A DNA stretch of 59,734 nucleotides from a bacterium (lineage in GTDB: Bacteria > Patescibacteriota > Microgenomatia > UBA1406 > GWC2-37-13). Below the pieces are notes generated by a model, which saw nothing but the letters and a program-made list of their open reading frames with translations, did no database searches and was not told the DNA's origin. Each line of letters opens with the position of its first letter. Positions within the stretch are counted from its first letter, which is position 1. The stretch spans positions 1 to 59,734 of the forward strand of contig JAJYLO010000001.1 in NCBI GenBank assembly GCA_021787635.1. The letters are read 5' to 3'. The position numbers and the translations under genes were made by a program. This document shows positions 35,284 through 43,111 of the stretch, in pieces.

Positions 35284-35362
35284 TTAACACGGATTACTAA
35301 CGGATTTTCACTGATTTACGGACCCATGTCTCCGTATTAATCCATCGGTTATTATCCGTGTT
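35284..35362. repeat. Intergenic inverted repeat (aacacggat..acggatt / aatcc.tcgg..atccgtgtt)
   Basis: The left arm ttaacacggattactaacggatt and right arm aatccatcggttattatccgtgtt are imperfectly complementary. Lies between the two genes of the second Csc-like module. Confidence 0.65.
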
Positions 35363-35374
35363 CACCTGTATGTT

Positions 35375-36115
35375 TTAATATGACGGTGTTGCCACAAAAT
35401 TGATAATCGTCTGATAGCTGCCTGCGGGTTGAGTATTACTGACGTTAACTTTATAGGTAATGGTCGACTGGCGGTTGGTACCGACCGTACTGCTGCTCAT
35501 AACAACGGCCGGCGAAGAAATGCTGGCAAACGGCCGGTAATAAGTGCTGTTGATAAAATCGGCCGGGATGTCGTTGCCGCTCATGTTGTATCCGAAACCA
35601 TAAGCCGTACCGGAACTCCAGACTTTGGCGGTTCCCGTATTACAGGTGTTGCTGCCGCCGTCGCAACTGGTGTCGGGGATAGTGGTTGTCGGATTACTTA
35701 AAAGTGCCATTGAGCTGTTTTCACCGGCTGTTACCTGATACTGGCCGGCGCCGCCATAATCGATCGTCAGTGTAGCATTGGCGGTGCTGGGAGTTTGGGC
35801 ACTCAAAGTGCCCAAGTTGATATTGGTATTGGATATGACGAAGCGAAAAGGGATAATGGAGTGAAGATATTGAAAACCGGCCAAAATATAGTAACCGGAG
35901 GAAGAAAAACTGCCGGCTGCCGTTTGACCGACCGTATCGGAAAGGGCATAGTTAGTTGAACTTTTATTGCCGGCTGCATCGCTGACGTTAGCCGACTCGA
36001 TCTTGTAGTCTGGTGAGTACATGCTTACCGCTTGGACCGGGGTATTTAATATGAAGTATTGAGTATAAAGTATGGGGAATACAACCAATCCAATATAAAA
36101 TACCAAATACCTCAT
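35375..36115 (-). CDS. Secreted surface protein with a WxL-like C-terminal motif (paralog of 27754..29202)
   Basis: Signal peptide, T/S/G/N-rich, ends GSYQTIINFVATPSY. Confidence 0.5.
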   Translation of the reverse strand: MRYLVFYIGLVVFPILYTQYFILNTPVQAVSMYSPDYKIESANVSDAAGNKSSTNYALSDTVGQTAAGSFSSSGYYILAGFQYLHSIIPFRFVISNTNINLGTLSAQTPSTANATLTIDYGGAGQYQVTAGENSSMALLSNPTTTIPDTSCDGGSNTCNTGTAKVWSSGTAYGFGYNMSGNDIPADFINSTYYRPFASISSPAVVMSSSTVGTNRQSTITYKVNVSNTQPAGSYQTIINFVATPSY

Positions 36116-36133
36116 ACTTTATACTTAATACTT
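36054..36133. repeat. 21-bp inverted repeat (1 mismatch) spanning the start codon and signal-peptide codons of gene 35375..36115
   Basis: aagtattgagtataaagtatg (36054-36074) against catactttatacttaatactt (36113-36133). The right arm contains the start codon (complement of 36113-36115). Confidence 0.8.
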
Positions 36134-36152
36134 AATGCTAATGATTAAATGA

Positions 36153-36782
36153 TTAACTGTTCTCCTTTTCATACTCTTCAATCAACTTTTCCATCCGATG
36201 GGTAGACTTACGAATACTTTCCAGATCATGATCTCCCAAAAAATTCTCGACCGTAGTTTTTATATTTTTGAGGTGATTTTTGAGCATCAAGGACAAAAAA
36301 AGAAACGTGTTTTCCTTGTTTTTTTGGTTTTCCAAGTAAAGGGTTCCCATGAATAGGGCAAACGGTGTCAAGAAAGCGAGCGAAAAAATCGGCAGTAGGG
36401 AATGCAGATCGGTATTCCCATTAGGCAGATTAAGGAGAAAAAAAATAACGAGGGTCAATGTGGCCGTAATGGAAATAACCGGTTCAAGCAGGAGACTTAA
36501 GGAAAAGAGTAAAAAATAAATCAGAAAGAAAAAAGGGGAATCGGTACCGCCGGTCGTATTAACGATGCCGAGAACGACCAGGGTGAATATGACCGATTCC
36601 AATAAGAGCGAATGTACGGACGCGTCATGTCGCGCACCAACGAATTTTTTGGCAATAAACAAAACTAAAAAGAGCCCGGCGGCAATCTGAATGTCGTACT
36701 GGGCGAGACCGGTTTTAGGGAAGATAAACGTTAACGCGATCGCCACTATCAAAATGAGGGAGTGGATAACTTTTTTGGACAT
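36153..36782 (-). CDS. Hypothetical polytopic membrane protein with a short cytoplasmic helical tail
   Basis: 209 aa, 5-6 TM spans, charged C-terminal helix. No family recognised. Confidence 0.5.
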   Translation of the reverse strand: MSKKVIHSLILIVAIALTFIFPKTGLAQYDIQIAAGLFLVLFIAKKFVGARHDASVHSLLLESVIFTLVVLGIVNTTGGTDSPFFFLIYFLLFSLSLLLEPVISITATLTLVIFFLLNLPNGNTDLHSLLPIFSLAFLTPFALFMGTLYLENQKNKENTFLFLSLMLKNHLKNIKTTVENFLGDHDLESIRKSTHRMEKLIEEYEKENS

Positions 36783-36825
36783 AATTACATTATATATACG
36801 GCAATCTTATGTTACAATATGAGTT

Positions 36826-37029
36826 ATGCCAAATATAAAATCATTACCAAACAATAATTTTGCTACCGATGTCGTTGAAGAACTTAAAAAAGTCAGCTGG
36901 CCGAACCGGAAGGAAACAGTGAGATTGACAACGGTTGTGATCGCAATCTCCTTGATAATCGGGACATATATCGGTATAATTGATTTCCTACTAGCCAAAG
37001 GGTTAGATATTTTCACAAAGTTTAGATAA
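36826..37029 (+). CDS. secE: Preprotein translocase subunit SecE
   Basis: FATDVVEELKKVSWPNRKETVRLTTVVIAISLIIGTYIGIIDFLL. Conserved secE-nusG-rplK-rplA order. Confidence 0.9.
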   Translation: MPNIKSLPNNNFATDVVEELKKVSWPNRKETVRLTTVVIAISLIIGTYIGIIDFLLAKGLDIFTKFR

Positions 37030-37043
37030 ATAATAATTATTTT

Positions 37044-37625
37044 ATGGCAGAAGATCAGAATCAGACTGTGCCGGTTGCGCCAGAACCGCAGCCAACCCCC
37101 TCAACGGGTAAATGGTATGTTATTCATATCCAAACCGGCTATGAAAGCCGGGTCAAGCATGCGCTGGAGCAGCGGGTAAAAAGCCTTGGTGTTGAGGGCA
37201 AGATTTTTGACGTCGTTATTCCCACCCGGGAAGTGGTTGTTGTCAAAAAAGGCAAAAAGACTAAAGCGACGGAAAAAGTTTTTCCCGGCTATATCCTTAT
37301 TCAGATGATTCTTGATGACGATTCGTGGTTGGTGGTGCGGACGACCGAAGGTGTTACCGGTTTTGTCGGCGCCGGCCTTAAACCGACCCCGATTTCCGAA
37401 AAAGAAGTCGAGGCAATTATGAAGTTTGTTACCCAGGAACAGCCGAAATTCAAGACGAAATTTTCCGTGGGCGAAGCGGTCAAAATCACCGAAGGGCCGT
37501 TTGCCGACTTTTTGGGCACGATTGAAGGAATCGACGAGGAACGGGGGAAGGTTAAAGTACTGGTTTCGATTTTTGATAGGGAAACGCCGGTGGAGCTGGA
37601 TTTTTTACAAGTGGCGAAATTATAA
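37044..37625 (+). CDS. nusG: Transcription termination/antitermination factor NusG
   Basis: KWYVIHIQTGYESRVKHAL (NGN); FSVGEAVKITEGPFADFLGTIEGID..KVKVLVSIFDRETPVELDF (KOW). Confidence 0.95.
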   Translation: MAEDQNQTVPVAPEPQPTPSTGKWYVIHIQTGYESRVKHALEQRVKSLGVEGKIFDVVIPTREVVVVKKGKKTKATEKVFPGYILIQMILDDDSWLVVRTTEGVTGFVGAGLKPTPISEKEVEAIMKFVTQEQPKFKTKFSVGEAVKITEGPFADFLGTIEGIDEERGKVKVLVSIFDRETPVELDFLQVAKL

Positions 37626-37707
37626 TTTTCAATTTACAATTTTCAGTTTTTAAACGGTTTGAAAACTGATAATTGATTGAAAATTGAGAACTGAAAATTG
37701 AAAATTT
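37625..37707. repeat. Heptamer-built hairpin filling the nusG-rplK intergenic region
   Basis: Left arm aattttc aatttac aattttc agttttt. Loop aaacggt. Right arm ttgaaaa ctgataa ttgattg aaaattg agaactg aaaattg aaaattt. Confidence 0.8.
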
Positions 37708-37714
37708 AATAGAT

Positions 37715-38137
37715 ATGGTAAAAAAAGTAAAAACAATCATTAAGCTCAATCTCCCCGCCGGGGAGGCGACTCCGGCGCCGCCGGTTGGTCCGGCTTTGGG
37801 CCAGCATGGCGTGCCGATAATGGACTTTATTAAGGAATATAATGCCCGGACGGCGAAATTAAAAGGGCAGATTATTCCGGCGGTGATTACCGTTTATGAG
37901 GACCGGTCGTTTACTTTTATTACTAAACTGCCGCCGGTCGCCGCCATGATTAAGAAAAAAATATCGTTGCAAAAAGGTTCGGGCCGTCCCAATACGGAAA
38001 AAGTTGGCAAATTAACCAAGGCGCAGGTCGAGGAAATTGCCAAGGAAAAACTGGCCGATTTGAACACGGATAACATTGAGGCGGCGATGAAAGTCGTTGC
38101 CGGAACGGCGAGATCGATGGGGATTGAAACGGAGTAA
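37715..38137 (+). CDS. rplK: 50S ribosomal protein L11
   Basis: [35 protein letters not shown]. Confidence 0.95.
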   Translation: MVKKVKTIIKLNLPAGEATPAPPVGPALGQHGVPIMDFIKEYNARTAKLKGQIIPAVITVYEDRSFTFITKLPPVAAMIKKKISLQKGSGRPNTEKVGKLTKAQVEEIAKEKLADLNTDNIEAAMKVVAGTARSMGIETE

Positions 38138-38164
38138 TTTTTAATTTTAAATTTTTAATTTTAA

Positions 38165-38962
38165 ATGGGAAAAGTCAAAGCACGATTACTTGGAGACGTT
38201 GAAGTCGAGAAGAAACAGAAAGAGGAAGCGAAAACTAAAGCCGCGGAAAAAAAGATGAAAAAAACACAGAAGGAAGAAACGCCAAAAGACGCAAAACAAG
38301 TTGGGGTTGGATTTTCCAGCCCGAAAAAGGAAGAAAAAAAATCCGCTCCGCCTTCGCTTAAGCTTCGGCGGACAAGGGGTAAAAAATACCAGGCGGCTAA
38401 AACATTAGTCGATAAAAATAAGTTTTATCCGTTAGACGAAGCGATAGCTTTGCTGAAAAAAATGGCACTGGCCGCTTTTGACGAAGCAGTTGAGCTTCAC
38501 CTTAATGTTAATGAAACCGGCTTGAAAGGCGAAGTGGAATTGCCTCACAGCACGGGTAAAACCGTGCGCATTGCCGTCGTCAACGACGCGGTCCTTGCCG
38601 ATATCGAAAAAGGAAAAATCGATTTTGATATTTTGATTACTCATCCGTCTTTTATGCCGAAGCTGGCGCGGTTTGCTCGAGTCTTAGGTCCGAAAGGCCT
38701 GATGCCTAATCCCAAAGCGGGCACGATTTCCACCAATCCCGATGAAGTGGTTAAAAAATTTACTAAAGGGACATTGCGTTGGAAAACCGAACCGAAATTT
38801 CCACTTGTCCACCAGATGATCGGCCGAAAATCGTTTGACGAAAAAGAATTAGCGGCCAATGCCGAAAAATTCATTCAGTCAGTTGGGCCTAATCGTATCA
38901 CCAAGGCATTCATCAAAACCACGATGAGTCCGGCGGTGCAGTTGGAAATTAATAAGGAATAA
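38165..38962 (+). CDS. rplA: 50S ribosomal protein L1 with a ~70-aa Lys/Glu-rich N-terminal extension
   Basis: The canonical L1 core starts at ..RGKKYQAAKTLVDKNKFYPLDEAIALLKKM. The preceding 70 aa are low-complexity and contain the hairpin element at 38347-38372. Confidence 0.9.
   Translation: MGKVKARLLGDVEVEKKQKEEAKTKAAEKKMKKTQKEETPKDAKQVGVGFSSPKKEEKKSAPPSLKLRRTRGKKYQAAKTLVDKNKFYPLDEAIALLKKMALAAFDEAVELHLNVNETGLKGEVELPHSTGKTVRIAVVNDAVLADIEKGKIDFDILITHPSFMPKLARFARVLGPKGLMPNPKAGTISTNPDEVVKKFTKGTLRWKTEPKFPLVHQMIGRKSFDEKELAANAEKFIQSVGPNRITKAFIKTTMSPAVQLEINKE
38347..38372. repeat. Hairpin element tccgcc-N14-ggcgga, in frame in the rplA N-terminal extension
   Basis: tccgccttcgcttaagcttcggcgga encodes PPSLKLRRT. 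Homologous copy at 47933-47958. Confidence 0.7.
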
Positions 38963-39040
38963 AATCTTCTTCCGATACAAATTCGTTTTAATGCTGTTTT
39001 TGGCTGGGTAAAAAATCCATTTGAGTCGTTCCGACATTCC

Positions 39041-39072
39041 AATAACTCTTCAACGATCGTATAATAGTTATT
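39041..39072. promoter_or_regulatory. 32-bp imperfect palindrome ATAACT-N5-ACGATCGT-N5-AGTTAT, copy 1
   Basis: aataactcttca acgatcgt ataatagttatt. 9 of 12 arm positions are complementary. Lies 3' of rplA and upstream of the PaaX-like gene. Confidence 0.6.
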
Positions 39073-39082
39073 TAGTATTGAT

Positions 39083-39114
39083 TATAACTTGACAACGATC
39101 GTGGATGAGTTATC
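39083..39114. promoter_or_regulatory. Palindromic element, copy 2, overlapping the promoter of the PaaX-like gene
   Basis: tataacttgaca acgatcgt ggatgagttatc. The -35 TTGACA lies in the left arm and the -10-like TATCAT in the right arm. Confidence 0.6.
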
Positions 39115-39116
39115 AT
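39089..39116 (+). promoter_or_regulatory. Promoter TTGACA-16-TATCAT, 6 nt before ATG 39123
   Basis: ttgaca acgatcgtggatgagt tatcat aaaatt ATG. Confidence 0.5.
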
Positions 39117-39122
39117 AAAATT

Positions 39123-39713
39123 ATGGTTGAAAAAAAACGGAAGTTGAAATCAGGACAACTGTACTGGGAAATTTTGAAAGTGATCGGGATGGGAATCGCG
39201 GCCAGTAGCGGCAATCCTCTTCGGCCGACGCTGCCGATTATGGTTAGGGAAATTAGCCGGTTGCTTCGGGAAAATACCCAGGCCGATATCGGCGAGGACT
39301 CGATCCGCAAAAGTTTGCGTCACCTGGAGAAAAAAGAAGTAATTAACCTGGTTGAGCGTGGTGATAAAGCGTACGTCTATCTCAAAGACGTCGGCAACTT
39401 TACCATTGCCGAATATTCTATTAAGACACTACTTGATCTGAAAAAGAAAAATAAACAGTGGAACGGCAAATGGTTTTTAGTTTTTTTTGACGTGCCGGAA
39501 ATTCAGCGCAAGAAGCGCGATATTCTCCGGAAATATCTGACTAAGATTGGTTTTTACCGGTACCAAAAAAGCATTTATCTTTTTCCTTACGAATGTGAAA
39601 AAGAAGTGGTTTATCTTAAAAAGATTGTCGAAGGAGCGAAATATATGAAATACATTATCGCGGACAAAATTGAAGATGAGGCCGAAGTGAAGGCCTATTT
39701 TCACCTGTCGTAA
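39123..39713 (+). CDS. PaaX-like winged-helix transcriptional regulator
   Basis: NGKWFLVFFDVPEIQRKKRDILRKYLTKIGFYRYQKSIYLFPYE. The track ORF begins at 39105; the ATG at 39123 sits 6 nt after a -10-like box, which looks leaderless. Confidence 0.6.
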   Translation: MVEKKRKLKSGQLYWEILKVIGMGIAASSGNPLRPTLPIMVREISRLLRENTQADIGEDSIRKSLRHLEKKEVINLVERGDKAYVYLKDVGNFTIAEYSIKTLLDLKKKNKQWNGKWFLVFFDVPEIQRKKRDILRKYLTKIGFYRYQKSIYLFPYECEKEVVYLKKIVEGAKYMKYIIADKIEDEAEVKAYFHLS

Positions 39714-39744
39714 ATAACTCTGTTACGATCGTAGCAAAGCTATT
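39713..39744. promoter_or_regulatory. Palindromic element, copy 3
   Basis: aataactctgtt acgatcgt agcaaagctatt. Starts at the stop codon of the PaaX-like gene and lies upstream of the GNAT gene. Confidence 0.55.
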
Positions 39745-39765
39745 TATGTTATAATACGCTTTCAT

Positions 39766-40152
39766 ATGAAGGGAAAAATCCGGACAGCAAATAAGCGTGA
39801 TATTGCAGCTAAACATCACCGGGTCCTGCCCCGGTCAAAAAAAGAATTGCTAAAAGTACTCGGCGCTTTTTTTGTATTTGAAGCGGACGGAAAAATTATT
39901 GGGTGCTGCGCACTGGAAATCTATAGTTCACGAATTGCCGAAATTCGCTCACTCGTCATTGATAAAGATTACCAAAATAATGGCATCGGAACCATTTTGA
40001 TCAAAGCCTGCCTGACGCGCGCCGAAAAGAAGAAGATACAAAAAATTCTGTCGGTGACCGATAAGGTCGATGTCTTCCGCAAATGCGGGTTTGATACGTG
40101 CCTAAACGATCAATATGCGATGTTTGCCAATCCTAAGAAGATCAAGCTCTAA
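39766..40152 (+). CDS. GNAT-family N-acetyltransferase
   Basis: IAEIRSLVIDKDYQNNGIGTILIKA (acetyl-CoA binding Q/RxxGxG motif). Confidence 0.8.
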   Translation: MKGKIRTANKRDIAAKHHRVLPRSKKELLKVLGAFFVFEADGKIIGCCALEIYSSRIAEIRSLVIDKDYQNNGIGTILIKACLTRAEKKKIQKILSVTDKVDVFRKCGFDTCLNDQYAMFANPKKIKL

Positions 40153-40738
40153 ACCTTTTTTTCGCTTCATCGACAATCAGATCGGCCGCATCTTTGATGC
40201 TTAAATTCGGCCCGGTGCGAATGACCAGATCATAGTGATGGGCTTTGCGCGGATCATGTTTATAGACGTTTTTCACAAAATCAATCCGCCGTTCGTCGGA
40301 TTGCCGGATATCGCGGATGGCTTCGCTCCGGACCATGTTTTCGTATTCCATCAGCCATTTTATCCGCTGCTCCATTTCGCAAATTATCCGCACTTTCAAC
40401 GAGTTTGGAAAAAGAAAGGTGGCTCCCCGGCCGACAATAATCGCATAGCCGCGCTGGCCAATTGTCGATAACGCTTTAACTAGGTTGCGGTGATAAACGG
40501 AAAAGTTCAGATAGCGTTCGCCAAAAAAATCAGCAAGCAATTCATCGATGAACGGGATATTGCTTTCATCGATTTCCTTAATTATTCCCCGGGCCAGTTT
40601 CGTTTGTTTGGCAATGTCGTCGATTATTTCCTTGTTAAAAACTTTCCATGGTGATCCCAATTGTTTTTCCACCAGATTGGCAATTGGCCGTCCGCCCGAC
40701 CCTCTTTCGCGTGATAAAGTAATAATTGGCTTTTTCAT
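40142..40738 (-). CDS. Cytidylate kinase-like family protein
   Basis: MKKPIITLSRERGSGGRPIANLVEKQLG is typical of the Cytidylate_kin2 N-terminus. Confidence 0.7.
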   Translation of the reverse strand: MKKPIITLSRERGSGGRPIANLVEKQLGSPWKVFNKEIIDDIAKQTKLARGIIKEIDESNIPFIDELLADFFGERYLNFSVYHRNLVKALSTIGQRGYAIIVGRGATFLFPNSLKVRIICEMEQRIKWLMEYENMVRSEAIRDIRQSDERRIDFVKNVYKHDPRKAHHYDLVIRTGPNLSIKDAADLIVDEAKKRFRA

Positions 40739-40774
40739 GGTATTATAAATATAATATCATTTATTAAAAAGTCA

Positions 40775-41284
40775 ATGGTCGATCAAGGCGGAGAATTTTG
40801 GCGGTATCTTTCCCAAAACCAAAAAGATTTGATTATTGAAGGGCAATATCTCATAAGTGATATTATTAAAGACGACGCCTTGCATTTTAAGGATTATTCT
40901 TTCCTGGTTTTTCCTTTTGCCAAAGCTTATGAAGGGTTTTTGAAACAATTGTTTCGCGATATCGGTTTTATTTCCCGACTCGACTATATTTCCGACCATT
41001 TGCGGTTGGGAAAGTTGATGTCGCCAGAGCTTATTAACCGTCTCGGTGACCGATCGCTTTATCAAAAAATCGAGACGGCGGCCGATAAAGCGTTAGCGGA
41101 TGAAATTTGGAATACCTGGAAAACCGGCCGAAACCAGATTTTTCATTATTTCCCCCACAATCTGAAAGCGATCGGTTTTAGCGAGGCGGAAGAGATAGTA
41201 AATCAGATTACTCGGGTGATGAAAACGGCGTTTGAAAGACTGCGACTGGCGCAAACTGTAAAAAAGCTGGAAAGGTATGTTTGA
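40775..41284 (+). CDS. Hypothetical protein
   Basis: 169-aa ORF with coding-like composition. No family recognised. Confidence 0.5.
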   Translation: MVDQGGEFWRYLSQNQKDLIIEGQYLISDIIKDDALHFKDYSFLVFPFAKAYEGFLKQLFRDIGFISRLDYISDHLRLGKLMSPELINRLGDRSLYQKIETAADKALADEIWNTWKTGRNQIFHYFPHNLKAIGFSEAEEIVNQITRVMKTAFERLRLAQTVKKLERYV

Positions 41285-41291
41285 ATCACAA

Positions 41292-41323
41292 AACAGCTCC
41301 TCAACGATCGTAGCGAAGTTATT
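41292..41323. promoter_or_regulatory. Palindromic element, copy 4
   Basis: aacagctcctca acgatcgt agcgaagttatt. Lies between convergent genes 40775..41284 and tkt. Confidence 0.5.
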
Positions 41324-41329
41324 AGATTG

Positions 41330-42283
41330 TTACAATAGTGTTTTTACTGTTGTGACAATTGCCGTCGCGTCGATTTCTTCGTAGGCGAGCAATTCTTCCG
41401 GCGTGCCGGAACGGGGAATTTTACGGACGTAAAGATGGATAAAATTAATTAATGATAGATCATGGATGATAGATGACAGAATTGCTTCGCCGAGGCCGCC
41501 GGCCGGATAATGATCTTCGACGACGACGACGTTTTTTATTGTTTTAATCAGGTATTTAATTGTTGTTACATCGAGCGGTTTGACCGAGTAGCAATCCATG
41601 ACGACCGTTTCGATATTTTCTTCCGCTAGTTGTTTTTGTGCTTTCAGGGCTTCATGAACTGTGATTCCTGCAGCCATAATTAATACTTTTGATTTATGGT
41701 TTAGAATTTTCGATTTATGAATTTTACTGCTGCCGATTTTGAATTCCTCCTGATTTTTATAGATAACGGGAGTTTTGTTGCGGGTCACACGCAAATAAAA
41801 CAATCCCGGCTCTTTGACCATGATACGGGTTAATTTAGCGGCCGATACGGCATCACTCGGATACAAGACTACGCTGTTCAATATACTGCGGAACATAGCA
41901 ATATCCTCGAGTCCCATTTGTGAAGGTCCGTCAGCCCCGATAGCGACGCCGGCATGGGAGCCGACGAATTTCAGATCAGGTTTCGAATATTGCGCCATTC
42001 TAATCTGGTCGAAAGCTCTTGTCCAGAAGGCGGCAAATGTCGCCATAACGGGGATAAAGCCCATTTTGGATAGACCTAGGCCGACCGAGGCTATATTCTG
42101 CTCGGCGATAAACATTTCCAGGAAACGCTCCGGAAACAGTTTTTGAAATTTATCGGTATAAGTGGAATTAGACGTTTCCCCATCAAGGACCAAAAGCGAT
42201 GACAGTTTTTTGCCGACCTCAACCAGAGCGTCGCCAAAGGCTTCACGAGTGGCGACAAGATCATTTATTTTATAATTTGACAT
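41330..42283 (-). CDS. tkt: Transketolase, C-terminal (pyrimidine-binding + C-terminal domain) subunit
   Basis: ATREAFGDALVEVGK..FIAEQNIASVGLGLS..GSHAGVAIGADGPSQMGLEDIAMFR. Confidence 0.9.
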   Translation of the reverse strand: MSNYKINDLVATREAFGDALVEVGKKLSSLLVLDGETSNSTYTDKFQKLFPERFLEMFIAEQNIASVGLGLSKMGFIPVMATFAAFWTRAFDQIRMAQYSKPDLKFVGSHAGVAIGADGPSQMGLEDIAMFRSILNSVVLYPSDAVSAAKLTRIMVKEPGLFYLRVTRNKTPVIYKNQEEFKIGSSKIHKSKILNHKSKVLIMAAGITVHEALKAQKQLAEENIETVVMDCYSVKPLDVTTIKYLIKTIKNVVVVEDHYPAGGLGEAILSSIIHDLSLINFIHLYVRKIPRSGTPEELLAYEEIDATAIVTTVKTLL

Positions 42284-43088
42284 AAAAGGATTCTAATTTT
42301 TTATTGATTTTGTTAAGCTCCAACTTTTCCGCCGGAATGACTTTGCCGTGCCAGCCGTTCTGGTTTTCGACCGCCGGGACGCCTTTACCTTTGACGGTGC
42401 GGGCGATAAGCATTACTGGCAGTTTTAAGGTTTTAAAGTTCAAAAGCTTGAAAGTTGATATTACTTGTTGGAGATCGTTGCCATTATCAATAATAGATGT
42501 TTTCCATCCAAATGCCTCAATCCGTTTCCGATATGTTGTTAAATCCCACCCGAGCATTGTTTCACCCCGTTGGCCCAGGCGGTTGACGTCGATAATACCG
42601 ATTAAATTGTTTAATTTATAGTAAGAAGCAATTGCCATCGCCTCCCAGACCTGACCTTCGGCCATTTCCGAATCACCGAGAAGGACGTATACTTTGGCTG
42701 ATCTATCATCTTTTATTTTCATACCCAACGCCATTCCCACACCAATGGATAATCCCTGACCAAGGCTGCCTGTTGCCACATCAACATATTTAAATCTTGG
42801 GGTCGGGTGGCCTTCAAGCGGCGAATCGAATTGGCGCAATGACATTAATTCTGCCGTCGTTATCAGTCCGGCTTGATGGTAAAGGGCATAAAGTAGAGGA
42901 GCGGCGTGGCCCTTGGAAAAAATCAGCTTGTCGACCTCTGGCCGAAAATAATTGAAAAAGAGCGTTGTCGTCAGTTCGACGGCCGATAAGCAAGAAGTCG
43001 GATGGCCGGAGCCGGCAGTGGTAGTTGAGGTGAGAATGTCGCGCCGAATTAGTTGACAAAATTCCGTTAACTTTGTAAAGTTAAACAT
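42270..43088 (-). CDS. tkt: Transketolase, N-terminal (thiamine-diphosphate-binding) subunit
   Basis: AGSGHPTSCLSAVEL..SKGHAAPLLYA..GSLGQGLSIGVGMA..LLGDSEMAEGQVWEA. Confidence 0.9.
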   Translation of the reverse strand: MFNFTKLTEFCQLIRRDILTSTTTAGSGHPTSCLSAVELTTTLFFNYFRPEVDKLIFSKGHAAPLLYALYHQAGLITTAELMSLRQFDSPLEGHPTPRFKYVDVATGSLGQGLSIGVGMALGMKIKDDRSAKVYVLLGDSEMAEGQVWEAMAIASYYKLNNLIGIIDVNRLGQRGETMLGWDLTTYRKRIEAFGWKTSIIDNGNDLQQVISTFKLLNFKTLKLPVMLIARTVKGKGVPAVENQNGWHGKVIPAEKLELNKINKKLESFYVKL

Positions 43089-43111
43089 AATATCATATTA
43101 ACAAATATTTT

